The notes beneath the pieces were generated by a model that made no database searches, was not told the DNA's origin, and saw nothing but the letters and a program-made list of their open reading frames with translations. The position numbers were made by a program, and so were the translations under genes. DNA of 64,000 bases from Vulcanimicrobiota bacterium (GTDB taxonomy: Bacteria > Vulcanimicrobiota > Vulcanimicrobiia > Vulcanimicrobiales > Vulcanimicrobiaceae): assembly GCA_963759245.1 (NCBI GenBank), contig CAVWYN010000003.1, positions 896,672-960,671 on the forward strand. Direction: 5' to 3'. Below, piece by piece: positions 1-8,482 of the stretch. Each line of letters opens with the position of its first letter. The stretch's first letter is position 1.

Positions 1-17
1 TTACCCTCATGACGCGA

Positions 18-1535
18 TTAGCGCGCGGTGGATTCATTCGTTAGCTGCGACAGCCGCTTCAGGACGATCGGTGACTTGGGATTCAGCGCGAGCTCGCCTT
101 GGAGAGCCTGCTTTGCTAGGTCGGGCCTGCCGAGGCGCGTCGCAAGGTCCGCGAGCACGAGATGCGGTGACTCGAAGTACAATGCGGGAAACTCGGCATA
201 GGTCAAACGATCGCCGTTATCTGCGATCGCAGACGCACGCTGCAACAGCGTGATTTCCAGACGAGCATTGCCATTTGCACCGGCAATCTCTGCCTGGAGC
301 GTCAATCGCATCGCCTTGACGGTGTCGGCCCACGAGGGAGAATCCGGCGGAGCTGCCGGCATCTCGCCGAGCGACTTTTTTGCCTTAGCCACGTCGCCTA
401 ACTCGGCGAAAGCGACGCCGCGTGTGAACTCAATCGTATCGCTTTGCCCCTTCGTAAAGGGAACCGTCAGCACGTCGCGCCAGTCTTGTTCGGCGAGAAG
501 TTGCCGCGCGAGCAGCACAGGCTCGCCGGCCTGTCTTGCCGCCGCGACCGCCTCCTGAAGTCTTCCGGTTTCCGTCAGCGCGTAGAGCAAAAACTCCACG
601 TTGTGAAAGTGGTAGTAGCGAGCTGCTCCATAGTAACCCGGGTGGCAGCATCGGAAATCGGCGTAGTCCATTTCGACGGATCGCCGAGCGACGTCGAGGG
701 CTTCGTCATACAGCCCGACCTTGAAGAAGATATGGCCGGGCATATGGGTCAAATGCGAGTCTTGGGGCGGCAACGTAAACGAGCCGAGGCGTCTCGCCGC
801 GTCGACTGCGAGCTGCTGCTCGTTCGCCTCGTCCGCGGTGTGGATGAAGAAGTGCAGGAGGCCCGCGTGATTTGGGAATCGCGCCAGCTCGGCTTGGAAG
901 TACGGCAGTAGCTTCGAAACGCTTTGAACGTACGCTATCCGTTGTTTCTGTGACAGGGTGTCCTTGGCGTTTGCGCCGCCCGCGACTGCGACGTACAGTG
1001 CGCTCTCGCCGTACAGCGCCGCGGCGTCCGGATCGCCAGGATACGACGCGTTGACGCGTCGCATCGCGTCGCGATATTTCTTGAGGAGCGCCGCCCTGTC
1101 GGACTTCGGATCTTCGCTGAATCTCAAGGCCGCAGCCTCGATCAACGCCCGTTCCTCGGGCGACGCGTAAGCTTCGAGAGTCTGCGCTTGCCCGATCGCC
1201 TCGGCTGCCTGCTGCTCGCGATCGTCCGTCGAAGCGACGTTCAAGTTGCCGGCGTTCGACAGCGCAATGCCCCAATAGGCCATTGCCAGATGATGGTCCA
1301 GGTCGGCCGCAGTGTAAAATTCGTGTTCGGCAGCCTCAGGATCGTAGGCGTAGTAGTCGAGCAGCCCGCGGTCGAAGGCGGCCTGTGCGTGCGGATCGGA
1401 CGTTGTGACAACGTGATGGAGCGTTACCGGAGCATTCTGATTATCCGGCGACGACGCGGATGCGGCGGCGATACTGAAGACGACGGCTACCAAGAACACG
1501 TTGAGCCTCCGTTCGTTGGAAGTCTCGCACTGCAC
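18..1535 (-). CDS. secreted helical-repeat (TPR-like) protein, function unknown
   Basis: 505-aa ORF with a hydrophobic signal-like N-terminus (LNVFLVAVVFSIAAASA) and Ala/Leu/Tyr-rich helical-repeat composition. No catalytic motif recognised. Confidence 0.5.
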   Translation of the reverse strand: MQCETSNERRLNVFLVAVVFSIAAASASSPDNQNAPVTLHHVVTTSDPHAQAAFDRGLLDYYAYDPEAAEHEFYTAADLDHHLAMAYWGIALSNAGNLNVASTDDREQQAAEAIGQAQTLEAYASPEERALIEAAALRFSEDPKSDRAALLKKYRDAMRRVNASYPGDPDAAALYGESALYVAVAGGANAKDTLSQKQRIAYVQSVSKLLPYFQAELARFPNHAGLLHFFIHTADEANEQQLAVDAARRLGSFTLPPQDSHLTHMPGHIFFKVGLYDEALDVARRSVEMDYADFRCCHPGYYGAARYYHFHNVEFLLYALTETGRLQEAVAAARQAGEPVLLARQLLAEQDWRDVLTVPFTKGQSDTIEFTRGVAFAELGDVAKAKKSLGEMPAAPPDSPSWADTVKAMRLTLQAEIAGANGNARLEITLLQRASAIADNGDRLTYAEFPALYFESPHLVLADLATRLGRPDLAKQALQGELALNPKSPIVLKRLSQLTNESTAR

Positions 1536-1623
1536 GCATCTTAGGCAACCGCGCGCTCAAAGCATGCCAGGGCGCGCGACGGACTTCCAGAACGCTACCG
1601 GCGATGTTTAGGACGCTCTGCGG

Positions 1624-3183
1624 ATGAACGCGACTCCCGTCTTGATCGCCGGGGCGGGGCCGACCGGGCTAGTGCTCGCGCTGAGTCTCGCGCGGCGCGG
1701 CGTTTCGTTTCGGATCATCGACGAAGCCGACGGTCCGGGCGAACACTCGCGCGCCATGGTCGTGCAGGCGCGAACCTTGGAGTTCTACCAACAGTTCGGC
1801 TTTGCCGACGAGGTAATCGCCGAAGGGATCGTCGTGCCCCAGCTGCGCATGCGCGTAACCGATCGCGGCCAGCGCCCGCGCGAGGTTTTCTCACTAACGT
1901 TCCGGGATATCGGGGCCGGCATCAGCCCATACCCGTTCGCGCTGACGTATCCGCAGGACGATCACGAGAAATTCCTGGGAAAGAAGTTGGATGAGCTGGG
2001 CGTCCGTGTGGAGTGGAACACAAGGCTTGCGGCATTGTCGCCCTTCGACTCCGCTCAGGGTGACAATGCCGCTCAGGGTGACAATGCCGCCGTGACCGCG
2101 ACGATCGAGGGGCCGGGCGGCAGCGAGGAGATCGCGGCGCAGTATCTGTGCGGCTGCGACGGCGCGCATTCGGTCGTGCGCACGGCGCTCGGCGTCGGAT
2201 TTGCCGGCACGACGTACGACCAGCACTTCTTCGTGTGCGACGCGAAGATCGCAGGCGACTTCATCACCGACCTCATCTTCACGCTGGGCGAAGATACGTT
2301 GGTGCTGATACTGCCGGTCCGCTCGAGCGGCATGCATCGGCTGATAGGCCTGGTACCGGCGGGCATTTCAAACGGTGAAAGCGTGACGTTCGACGCGATC
2401 CGCGACCGAATCGAACCATTCTTGGGCATCAAGGTCAGCGAGGTCAACTGGTTTGCGACCTACCGCGTCCATCATCGCGTCGCCGAGAAATTCCGCGTCG
2501 GCCCGGTCTTTATTCTGGGCGATGCGGCGCACATTCATAGCCCCGTCGGCGGCCAAGGAATGAACACGGGCATTGGCGATGCGGTGAATTTGGGTTGGAA
2601 GTTAGCCGACGCCATCCGCGGCAGGACGGCGCGGGGCGTCCTCGATTCGTTCGAGGAAGAGCGCATCGGCTTCGCGCGAGCGCTGGTCGAAACGACCGAC
2701 CGCGCGTTCACGGCGATCATCGCACGCGGCGAGAGGGGAGAATTGACGCGTCGGATGATGTTGCCGCTAATCATGCGCTTCGCCACGCGCTTTGCGGCGG
2801 TGCGTCACGCGCTGTTCCGCGTCGTTTCGCAGACGAGAATCCGCTATCCACATTCGAGCTTGAGCGAAGGCAAGGCCGGCGCCGTGCTCGGCGGCGATCG
2901 TCTGCTGTGGGTTGCGAGCCTGCACAACTTCGCTCCGCTGTGTTCGCTGGATTGGCAGTTACACGCGTACGGGCAGGCTGGTACGAACGTCAGCGCGAGC
3001 TGCGCTCGACTTGGCGTTCCGGTTTATTCGTTTCCTTGGAACGAGGATGCGCGGCGCGCCGGCTTCCCGCGCGATGCGATGTACTTGGTCCGGCCGGATG
3101 GCTACGTGGGACTCGCGCTCGAAACCGACGATGCTACGCGGTTCGACGCGTACGCCGGACGAATCGGGCTGCGCGCCGCCTAG
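1624..3183 (+). CDS. FAD-dependent aromatic-ring monooxygenase (PheA/TfdB-like)
   Basis: N-terminal GAGPTGL dinucleotide-binding motif, plus CGCDGAHSVVR and GDAAHIHSPVGGQGMNTGIGDA FAD-site motifs. Carries an in-frame REP-derived insert (2034-2088). Confidence 0.85.
   Translation: MNATPVLIAGAGPTGLVLALSLARRGVSFRIIDEADGPGEHSRAMVVQARTLEFYQQFGFADEVIAEGIVVPQLRMRVTDRGQRPREVFSLTFRDIGAGISPYPFALTYPQDDHEKFLGKKLDELGVRVEWNTRLAALSPFDSAQGDNAAQGDNAAVTATIEGPGGSEEIAAQYLCGCDGAHSVVRTALGVGFAGTTYDQHFFVCDAKIAGDFITDLIFTLGEDTLVLILPVRSSGMHRLIGLVPAGISNGESVTFDAIRDRIEPFLGIKVSEVNWFATYRVHHRVAEKFRVGPVFILGDAAHIHSPVGGQGMNTGIGDAVNLGWKLADAIRGRTARGVLDSFEEERIGFARALVETTDRAFTAIIARGERGELTRRMMLPLIMRFATRFAAVRHALFRVVSQTRIRYPHSSLSEGKAGAVLGGDRLLWVASLHNFAPLCSLDWQLHAYGQAGTNVSASCARLGVPVYSFPWNEDARRAGFPRDAMYLVRPDGYVGLALETDDATRFDAYAGRIGLRAA
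2034..2088 (+). repeat. REP-like hairpin embedded in-frame in a CDS, with 18-bp tandem duplication of its 3' arm
   Basis: cattgtcgccc-TTCGACTCCGCTCA-gggtgacaatg forms an 11-bp stem with one G-U pair. gctcagggtgacaatgcc occurs twice in tandem (2053-2070, 2071-2088). Translates as PFDSAQGDNAAQGDNAA. Confidence 0.8.
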
Positions 3184-3698
3184 CCGGTTTCACGCGAGCG
3201 GCCCAACTCACGTGCGCGTTCGACCATCTCGCGCATGCGCGGATGTTCGCCCGGTATCGTCTTCACCCACGATTCAAAGCGCGGCACGGTCTCGCCCGTT
3301 CGAAACAAGAAGTACCACACGTTCATGTCGCCCATGAACGCGAAGCGCTTCTTGAAATCTTTTGCGAGCACGGCATAGGATTCGAACGATCGCAGGTAGT
3401 TCGCGAATCCGCCGAACTCACGGTCGGTTTCGAGCAACGCTCGGGCGTTATGAATGACGGCGCGAACTTTACGCCGGATCTTGAGGAGACCGGGGGTCGC
3501 GAGAACGCGTTCGACGTCGATATCGTCGTACGCCGCAACTTTGGCCGGATCGAAGTCTTCGAACGCTTTTCGGTAGGCGCCCGAGTGTTCAGCGATCTGG
3601 CTCCATCTGACGCCGGCTTGGAACACTGCCCGCGTCATCACTTCCAAGTAGTCCGCCAACGAGGCGGGCTGGATGACGTCGGGAATCGTGTCGGCCAT
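3180..3698 (-). CDS. DNA-3-methyladenine glycosylase I (Tag)-family protein
   Basis: The core FQAGVRWSQI...FEDFDPAKVAAYDDIDVERVL...IRRKVRAVIHNARALL aligns by eye with E. coli Tag. Start trimmed to M42 (MADTIPD) because the upstream ORF extension is a translated REP copy. Tag zinc-site residues not recognised. Confidence 0.6.
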   Translation of the reverse strand: MADTIPDVIQPASLADYLEVMTRAVFQAGVRWSQIAEHSGAYRKAFEDFDPAKVAAYDDIDVERVLATPGLLKIRRKVRAVIHNARALLETDREFGGFANYLRSFESYAVLAKDFKKRFAFMGDMNVWYFLFRTGETVPRFESWVKTIPGEHPRMREMVERARELGRSRETG

Positions 3699-3717
3699 CG
3701 AGTGTGGCGTATTCCCG

Positions 3718-3748
3718 TGTGGCCCTTCGACTCCGCTGAGGGTGGTAG
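3718..3748 (+). repeat. degenerate REP-like copy
   Basis: ggcccTTCGACTCCGCTGAgggtgg: the loop is conserved but the arms are only weakly complementary. Confidence 0.4.
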
Positions 3749-3892
3749 GGGGAAGGGCGGTGGAGGCAGGGACGGGCAAGGCGGAGGTCGCAGGAAGCGG
3801 CACAAATGCTGCTCTCGTCACGTGGTTGGATTCTCGGAAGTTTCAGTTGCGAAGTCCGCACGGTAGGCAGAGTCTAAGGAGTTTCGGGTTCC

Positions 3893-4201
3893 GTGTACGT
3901 CGATGAAATGCTCAACTGTGTGGACTGTGGACGTCAGTTTGTCTTCAGTTCGGGCGAACAACGCTTTTACGAGCAAAAAGGGTTCCAGAACAAGCCCAAT
4001 CGCTGTCCCGACTGCCGCCAGGCGCGCAAGCAGATGCGTTCCAGCGGCGGCGGCGGCGGCGATCGCACGGGGCGTCCCCGCGAGATGTTTACGGCGACGT
4101 GCAGCCAGTGCGGCGGCGTGGCGGAGGTTCCGTTCAACCCGCGCGGAGATAAACCGGTCTATTGCCGGGATTGCTTCGCGTCGCGCCCGTCGTATCACTG
4201 A
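3893..4201 (+). CDS. zinc-ribbon domain protein (two CxxC-x17-CxxC units)
   Basis: CVDCGRQFVFSSGEQRFYEQKGFQNKPNRCPDC and CSQCGGVAEVPFNPRGDKPVYCRDC, separated by a Gly-rich linker. Alternative start at 3908 (MLNCVDCG). Confidence 0.7.
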   Translation: MYVDEMLNCVDCGRQFVFSSGEQRFYEQKGFQNKPNRCPDCRQARKQMRSSGGGGGDRTGRPREMFTATCSQCGGVAEVPFNPRGDKPVYCRDCFASRPSYH

Positions 4202-5733
4202 CGCCACGCAGCTCTTCACCGCCTAAGCGCTCCTACGACGCAGTCGTCATCGGCGCAGGCCATAACGGCCTGGCGTGCGCTGCGCTATTGGCGCGCGCGG
4301 GGCGTTCGGTCGCGGTCTTCGAGCGATCCGCGCGGATCGGTGGAGCCGCGGTCAGCGAGACCGATATCTGGCCGGGATACACGCTGTCGACGGCGTCGTA
4401 CGTGTGCAGCCTGCTCGACCCGTGGCTGGTCGAGGTGCTCGACCTGCGATCGCACGGCCTGTCGTACTATCGAAAAGATCCCTACGCATTTACGCCGCTC
4501 GAGGACGGGCGGTCGCTGCTCCTGGGAACCGACCGGCAGAGCAACGCGCGCGAGATCGCCGCATTCGACCGCGCTGACGTGGCGGGCTTCGAAGCCTACG
4601 TCGAACGCACGGATCGCCTGGGCAGGGCGCTGTTCGATTCGTTCTCAGACGACGAACCGCGTTTCGATCGCTTCGACGCCGAGACGCAGGGGCTGCTGCG
4701 GGGCTCCGCGGCGGATCTGGTGGAGCGCTTCGTTTCGACCTCCGTACTCCAAGCCGAACTCGTTAACGACGGCTTAATCGGAACGTATCTCGGGCCGCGC
4801 GATGCCGGGACCGGCTACGTTCTCGCGCATCACCTCGCCGGCCGTTTGCTGGGCACGCAAGGCGCGTGGGCGTACGTGCGGGGCGGGATGGGATCGGTTT
4901 CGCGCGCGCTGGCTTCGGCCGCGATTTCATATGGTGCGGAGATTTTTCCGGATGCGGGGGTGACGCGAATCGTTTCCGACGGCGACGCCGCGTGTGGCGT
5001 AGAGGTCGACGATGGCGTGACGAGGGCGAGGGCGGTCGTTTCCAACGCGCATCCGCGGACGACGTTTTTCGAGCTCCTCGATCCTACGATGCTCGACGCC
5101 GACTTCGTTTCGAAGGTTGAGGGTTGGAAGAGCAGCGGCCCGTCGTTGAAGTTGAATTTGGCTCTCGGCGAGCTGCCGAACTTTACGTGCCGCCCCGGCA
5201 GCGACGCGCAGCCGCATCATCGAGCGACGATTCACGTCGCGCCCAGCATCGAGTACTTACAGAAAGCCTACGAGGATGCGCGCGCCGGTGGAGAGAGTGA
5301 CGAGCCGCTGATCGAGTGCTTCCTGCAGACGCCGACCGACCCCGGGCTCGCGCCGCCCGGCAAACACATCCTCTCCGTTTTTGCGCAGTATTTTCCGTAC
5401 GATCGCGCCGGAGGCTGGTCGGGAGCAATGCGCGAGGCCGCGGCCGACAAGATCGTCGCGATCCTGGCGCGACTTGCGCCGAATCTCCCGAACGCGATCG
5501 AGCATCGCCAAGTATTGGCTCCGCCCGATCTCGAGGCGCGCTTCGGTCTGATCGGCGGCCACATCTTTCACGGCGAGCTGCTTCCGGGACAGATTTATGA
5601 GGACCGGTTTGCCGCGCGCACGCCGGTGCGCAATCTGTATCTATGCGGATCGGGCACGCATCCCGGCGGTTGCGTCAGCGGCTTTCCCGGAAAACGCGCC
5701 GCCAACGCCGTTTTGCTTAATTTGGTGCGGTAA
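4162..5733 (+). CDS. phytoene-desaturase-family NAD(P)/FAD-dependent oxidoreductase
   Basis: YDAVVIGAGHNGLACAALLARAGRSVAVFERSARIGGA Rossmann motif and C-terminal NLYLCGSGTHPGGCVSG motif. The TTG start overlaps the upstream gene, so the exact start is uncertain. Confidence 0.8.
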   Translation: MPGLLRVAPVVSLTPRSSSPPKRSYDAVVIGAGHNGLACAALLARAGRSVAVFERSARIGGAAVSETDIWPGYTLSTASYVCSLLDPWLVEVLDLRSHGLSYYRKDPYAFTPLEDGRSLLLGTDRQSNAREIAAFDRADVAGFEAYVERTDRLGRALFDSFSDDEPRFDRFDAETQGLLRGSAADLVERFVSTSVLQAELVNDGLIGTYLGPRDAGTGYVLAHHLAGRLLGTQGAWAYVRGGMGSVSRALASAAISYGAEIFPDAGVTRIVSDGDAACGVEVDDGVTRARAVVSNAHPRTTFFELLDPTMLDADFVSKVEGWKSSGPSLKLNLALGELPNFTCRPGSDAQPHHRATIHVAPSIEYLQKAYEDARAGGESDEPLIECFLQTPTDPGLAPPGKHILSVFAQYFPYDRAGGWSGAMREAAADKIVAILARLAPNLPNAIEHRQVLAPPDLEARFGLIGGHIFHGELLPGQIYEDRFAARTPVRNLYLCGSGTHPGGCVSGFPGKRAANAVLLNLVR

Positions 5734-5745
5734 TACCGCGGCAAC

Positions 5746-6039
5746 GTGCCGTTCATATGCCGCGGTTACACTGATGGGATGCATATCACGTGGAAACCGG
5801 TTCGCGACGGCGGCGATGGAGAGCGCGCCGGCCTGCCTAGCAGCGCGTTCGCTTTTCCGGAGGAGCGGAAAGAGCCGTTGACCGACGCCGCACACGTGCG
5901 CAGTGCGATCGCGCGTTTTGCCGAGGTGCGCGGCGTCAACGATACGGAGCGCGCTCAGGCCTTCGCGAACATCAAAGCGGCCGCCGAGTACTTCGGCATC
6001 GACATGAAGGCTACGACGTGGAACGATCTGGTTGGGTGA
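5746..6039 (+). CDS. small conserved protein (DUF6582-like), function unknown
   Basis: SAFAFPEERKEPLTDAAHVRSAIARFAEVRGV motif recalled from that family. Alternative ATG start at 5779. Confidence 0.45.
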   Translation: MPFICRGYTDGMHITWKPVRDGGDGERAGLPSSAFAFPEERKEPLTDAAHVRSAIARFAEVRGVNDTERAQAFANIKAAAEYFGIDMKATTWNDLVG

Positions 6040-6943
6040 GCTTTAGGACCTCTTCATCGGCGAGCTTTCGGTTTCCGAGGAGAATTAATACGACGGAAGC
6101 GATAACCGCGGCGCCGCCGGCGAGAATCCTCCACGTAACCGGCTCGTGCAAGATGAGCGTCCCCAGGATGACCGCAACGACCGGGTTGACGTAGCCGTAC
6201 GTCGCGACGGTGGCCGTCGGCAGCGTGCGAACGGCGTAAGCGAACGCGCTATAACCCAGCATCGCGCCCGCAGTGATCAGCCAGACCATTCCCCATAGCG
6301 AAGGACCTGAGATCGCGGCGATCTTCAAGTGCGCCGGCTCTCCAGTGACCAGGCCGACGACCAGGCAAAACAGGCCTCCAGCGGTCATCTCTAACGCCGC
6401 GGTCGTCGGTTGATAGTCGTTGCCTCGGGCGTAGACCGATCCGGTCGCCCACGAGATCGACGCAATGAGAATGATACAGGCAAAGAGCACGTCCGAGTGA
6501 CCGGCGCTCTTGCCGACGAGTATCGCGATGCCCGCGGTGCCGAGCACGAGGCCGGCGATTGCCGCGCTGCTAGGCGCAGTTCTCGAGCGCAACGCGTCGA
6601 GAAGCAACATCCAAATCGGAGTGCCTGCGAGCAAGAGGGCAGCGGTTCCCGATTCGACGCGCGTCTCGGCAACGCAGAGCAGCCCGTTTCCGAGCACCAG
6701 GAGAAGCACCGCCACGATCGCGATGCGCACGAGCTCCGCCCGGCTCGGCAGCGCGGGCTTCCCCTTCGTCACGACCCACTGCAGTGCAAACATCAGCGAT
6801 CCCGCGACGAAGTAGCGGACGCCCGTCATGAGATACGGCGGAATGGTCTCGACCGCAACGCGAATGCCGAGATACGTCGATCCCCACACGAAGTAGACGA
6901 CGACGAGCGCGATCCACGGCAGCGCACGATTCCAGCGCGTCAT
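6011..6943 (-). CDS. EamA/DMT-superfamily transporter
   Basis: 310 aa, about 10 hydrophobic helices as two EamA-like halves, with a typical N-terminus (WIALVVVYFVWGSTYLGIR). Confidence 0.85.
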   Translation of the reverse strand: MTRWNRALPWIALVVVYFVWGSTYLGIRVAVETIPPYLMTGVRYFVAGSLMFALQWVVTKGKPALPSRAELVRIAIVAVLLLVLGNGLLCVAETRVESGTAALLLAGTPIWMLLLDALRSRTAPSSAAIAGLVLGTAGIAILVGKSAGHSDVLFACIILIASISWATGSVYARGNDYQPTTAALEMTAGGLFCLVVGLVTGEPAHLKIAAISGPSLWGMVWLITAGAMLGYSAFAYAVRTLPTATVATYGYVNPVVAVILGTLILHEPVTWRILAGGAAVIASVVLILLGNRKLADEEVLKLTQPDRSTS

Positions 6944-6959
6944 TGGCTAGACGACAATG

Positions 6960-6983
6960 AAAAACCGCCGAGAGTTTCGGCGG
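6960..6983 (-). terminator. intrinsic-terminator-like hairpin downstream of the 7008-7190 ORF
   Basis: ccgccga-gagtt-tcggcgg stem-loop followed on the minus strand by TTTTT. It lies only about 20 nt upstream of the eamA start. Confidence 0.5.
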
Positions 6984-7007
6984 CTAAGTTTTTGGCGCTA
7001 ACGCTTG

Positions 7008-7190
7008 TCAGCGATGAAAGATGATGGTGAGGATCGTAGTGATCCACGTAGCGACGATGGTGCCGATCACCCAATTGAACCGCTGGTCGACGCCTTCAAG
7101 CCTACGGTCAATGTTGCCGAGCCGCTCGTTGATCTGATCGAAGGCGCCTTCCAGGTGCGCGATTCGCGGCTCAAGCGGGTGTGTGTGCAT
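7008..7190 (-). CDS. small membrane-anchored protein, function unknown
   Basis: 60-aa ORF with a heptad-like N-terminal half (LEGAFDQINERLGNIDRRLEGVDQRF) and a C-terminal TM helix (VIGTIVATWITTILTIIF), followed by a terminator-like hairpin. Confidence 0.4.
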   Translation of the reverse strand: MHTHPLEPRIAHLEGAFDQINERLGNIDRRLEGVDQRFNWVIGTIVATWITTILTIIFHR

Positions 7191-7317
7191 ACGGCCTCCT
7201 CAGAGAGTCTATCATATAGCCGGTTTCCCCGCTTGCTTCTCGCACGCGACATTGCCCGTTACCCGGGAGGGCGGCGACCGAGTGGGGTGTCGGGACACCA
7301 GGCCCGAATATTTCGGA

Positions 7318-7524
7318 ATGATTCAAGCAATGATCAGATGCCCAAACACCGGCAAAGCGGTTCCAACAGGGATTGTATTCGGGTCTCTCGCGACGTTTGA
7401 CAATACCACGCTGGACAACAATAGCGTCCGTTGCGCGGCATGCGGGCAGCAGCACGTGGTCGATAACTCGACCGTCAAAGTGTTTCCCAGCGAGGCGCCG
7501 GACGGAAATGGAAGCCAAGCCTAG
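7318..7524 (+). CDS. small Cys-pair (zinc-ribbon-like) protein, function unknown
   Basis: ATG at 7318 gives MIQAMIRCPNTGK...VRCAACGQQH, with CPxxG and CxxC pairs. The ORF-track N-terminal extension was discarded. Confidence 0.35.
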   Translation: MIQAMIRCPNTGKAVPTGIVFGSLATFDNTTLDNNSVRCAACGQQHVVDNSTVKVFPSEAPDGNGSQA

Positions 7525-7537
7525 CAGCTAGGCAAGC

Positions 7538-7715
7538 GGTCTCGATCGCGACGCGAATGCCAGATACGTCGATCCCTACACGAGATAGACGACGACGAGC
7601 GCGATCCACGGCAGCGCACGATTCCAGCGCGTCACTGGGTAGACGACAATAAAAACCGCCGAGAGTTTCGGTTGCTAAGTTTTCGGCGCTAACGTTTTGT
7701 CAGCCATGAAAGATG
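7538..7715 (-). pseudogene. degenerate duplicate of the eamA 5' end, its upstream hairpin and the 3' end of the small ORF
   Basis: Hand alignment to 6845-7023 gives about 14 substitutions and 3 single-base indels. The eamA ATG becomes GTG and the frame is broken. Confidence 0.7.
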
Positions 7716-7806
7716 TCACCCTTCGACTCGCTGCGCTCGCTCAGGGCGACACGGGCAGTTCGTCCTTCGACTCCGCTCGCTCACGCTCGCTCCGCTCAGG
7801 ATGACA
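7715..7806 (+). repeat. two-hairpin REP/BIME-like composite
   Basis: gtcaccc-TTCGACTCGCTGCGCTCGCTCA-gggcgac, a spacer, then cgtcc-TTCGACTCCGCTCGCTCACGCTCGCTCCGCTCA-ggatgac. Near-identical architecture at 56883-56968. Confidence 0.8.
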
Positions 7807-7894
7807 CTTGAAGCGCGCGCTCGATTAGATGACATTTGGGTGAAGCAGGCGGTTTCTCAGTAACTTCTACGTCGTTTGGCTGTAGGATTGCACT

Positions 7895-8467
7895 ATGAAT
7901 AAAAGCTTTCTCGCGCTGGCGCTTGCGCTCAGCGTCATTCCAGTTGCGGCACGGGCCGACGACGCCGCGCCGCCCCAACTGACCCCAGCACAGCGGCAGG
8001 CGATGCAGCAGACCTTCGAACGCTTCGCCACACAAGAAAAGCAGCTGCACCAGCAGATGCGGGCGCAGATACTCACGGCCATGACGCCGGTGCAGCGCCG
8101 GGCCGTCGCTGCCACGATCGGCGACCTCGCGATCGAGCCCAATCCGGATCCGGTCGCGGCCGCGAAGCGCCTCGACGCGATTCTCTCGCCGGGCGAGCGG
8201 CAGCGCATCATCGCCGCGCATTCGGCTTTCCAGTCGCAGAGCCGCCAGCTTCACGACCAAATGCGCACCGAGCTGACCAGCGAGATGCCGGCCGACATGC
8301 AGTCGCGCTTCGCGAATCACGAGAAGGACGAGCACGAGATGGCGCCCAGGCAGCTCGACGCCGGGACGCTACTCCTTCGCGTGCTCGTGCCGCGTCCGCA
8401 GATGATGGAGATGGGCGATCACGGGCACTTCATGATGCACATGGAGGGTGCACCGCCGCCGAGGTAA
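7895..8467 (+). CDS. periplasmic LTXXQ-motif (Spy/CpxP/ZraP-like) protein with His/Met-rich tail
   Basis: Signal peptide (ALALSVIPVAARA), repeated LTPAQRQAM / MTPVQRRAV / LSPGERQRI motifs, and C-terminal MMEMGDHGHFMMHMEG. Confidence 0.55.
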   Translation: MNKSFLALALALSVIPVAARADDAAPPQLTPAQRQAMQQTFERFATQEKQLHQQMRAQILTAMTPVQRRAVAATIGDLAIEPNPDPVAAAKRLDAILSPGERQRIIAAHSAFQSQSRQLHDQMRTELTSEMPADMQSRFANHEKDEHEMAPRQLDAGTLLLRVLVPRPQMMEMGDHGHFMMHMEGAPPPR

Positions 8468-8482
8468 GAAACAGCGAGCGGC

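Noticed and set aside
3180-3183. Palindromic CTAG shared by the stop codons of two convergent genes
   Set aside because: Real, but a trivial consequence of TAG being part of a palindromic tetramer. No further significance inferred.
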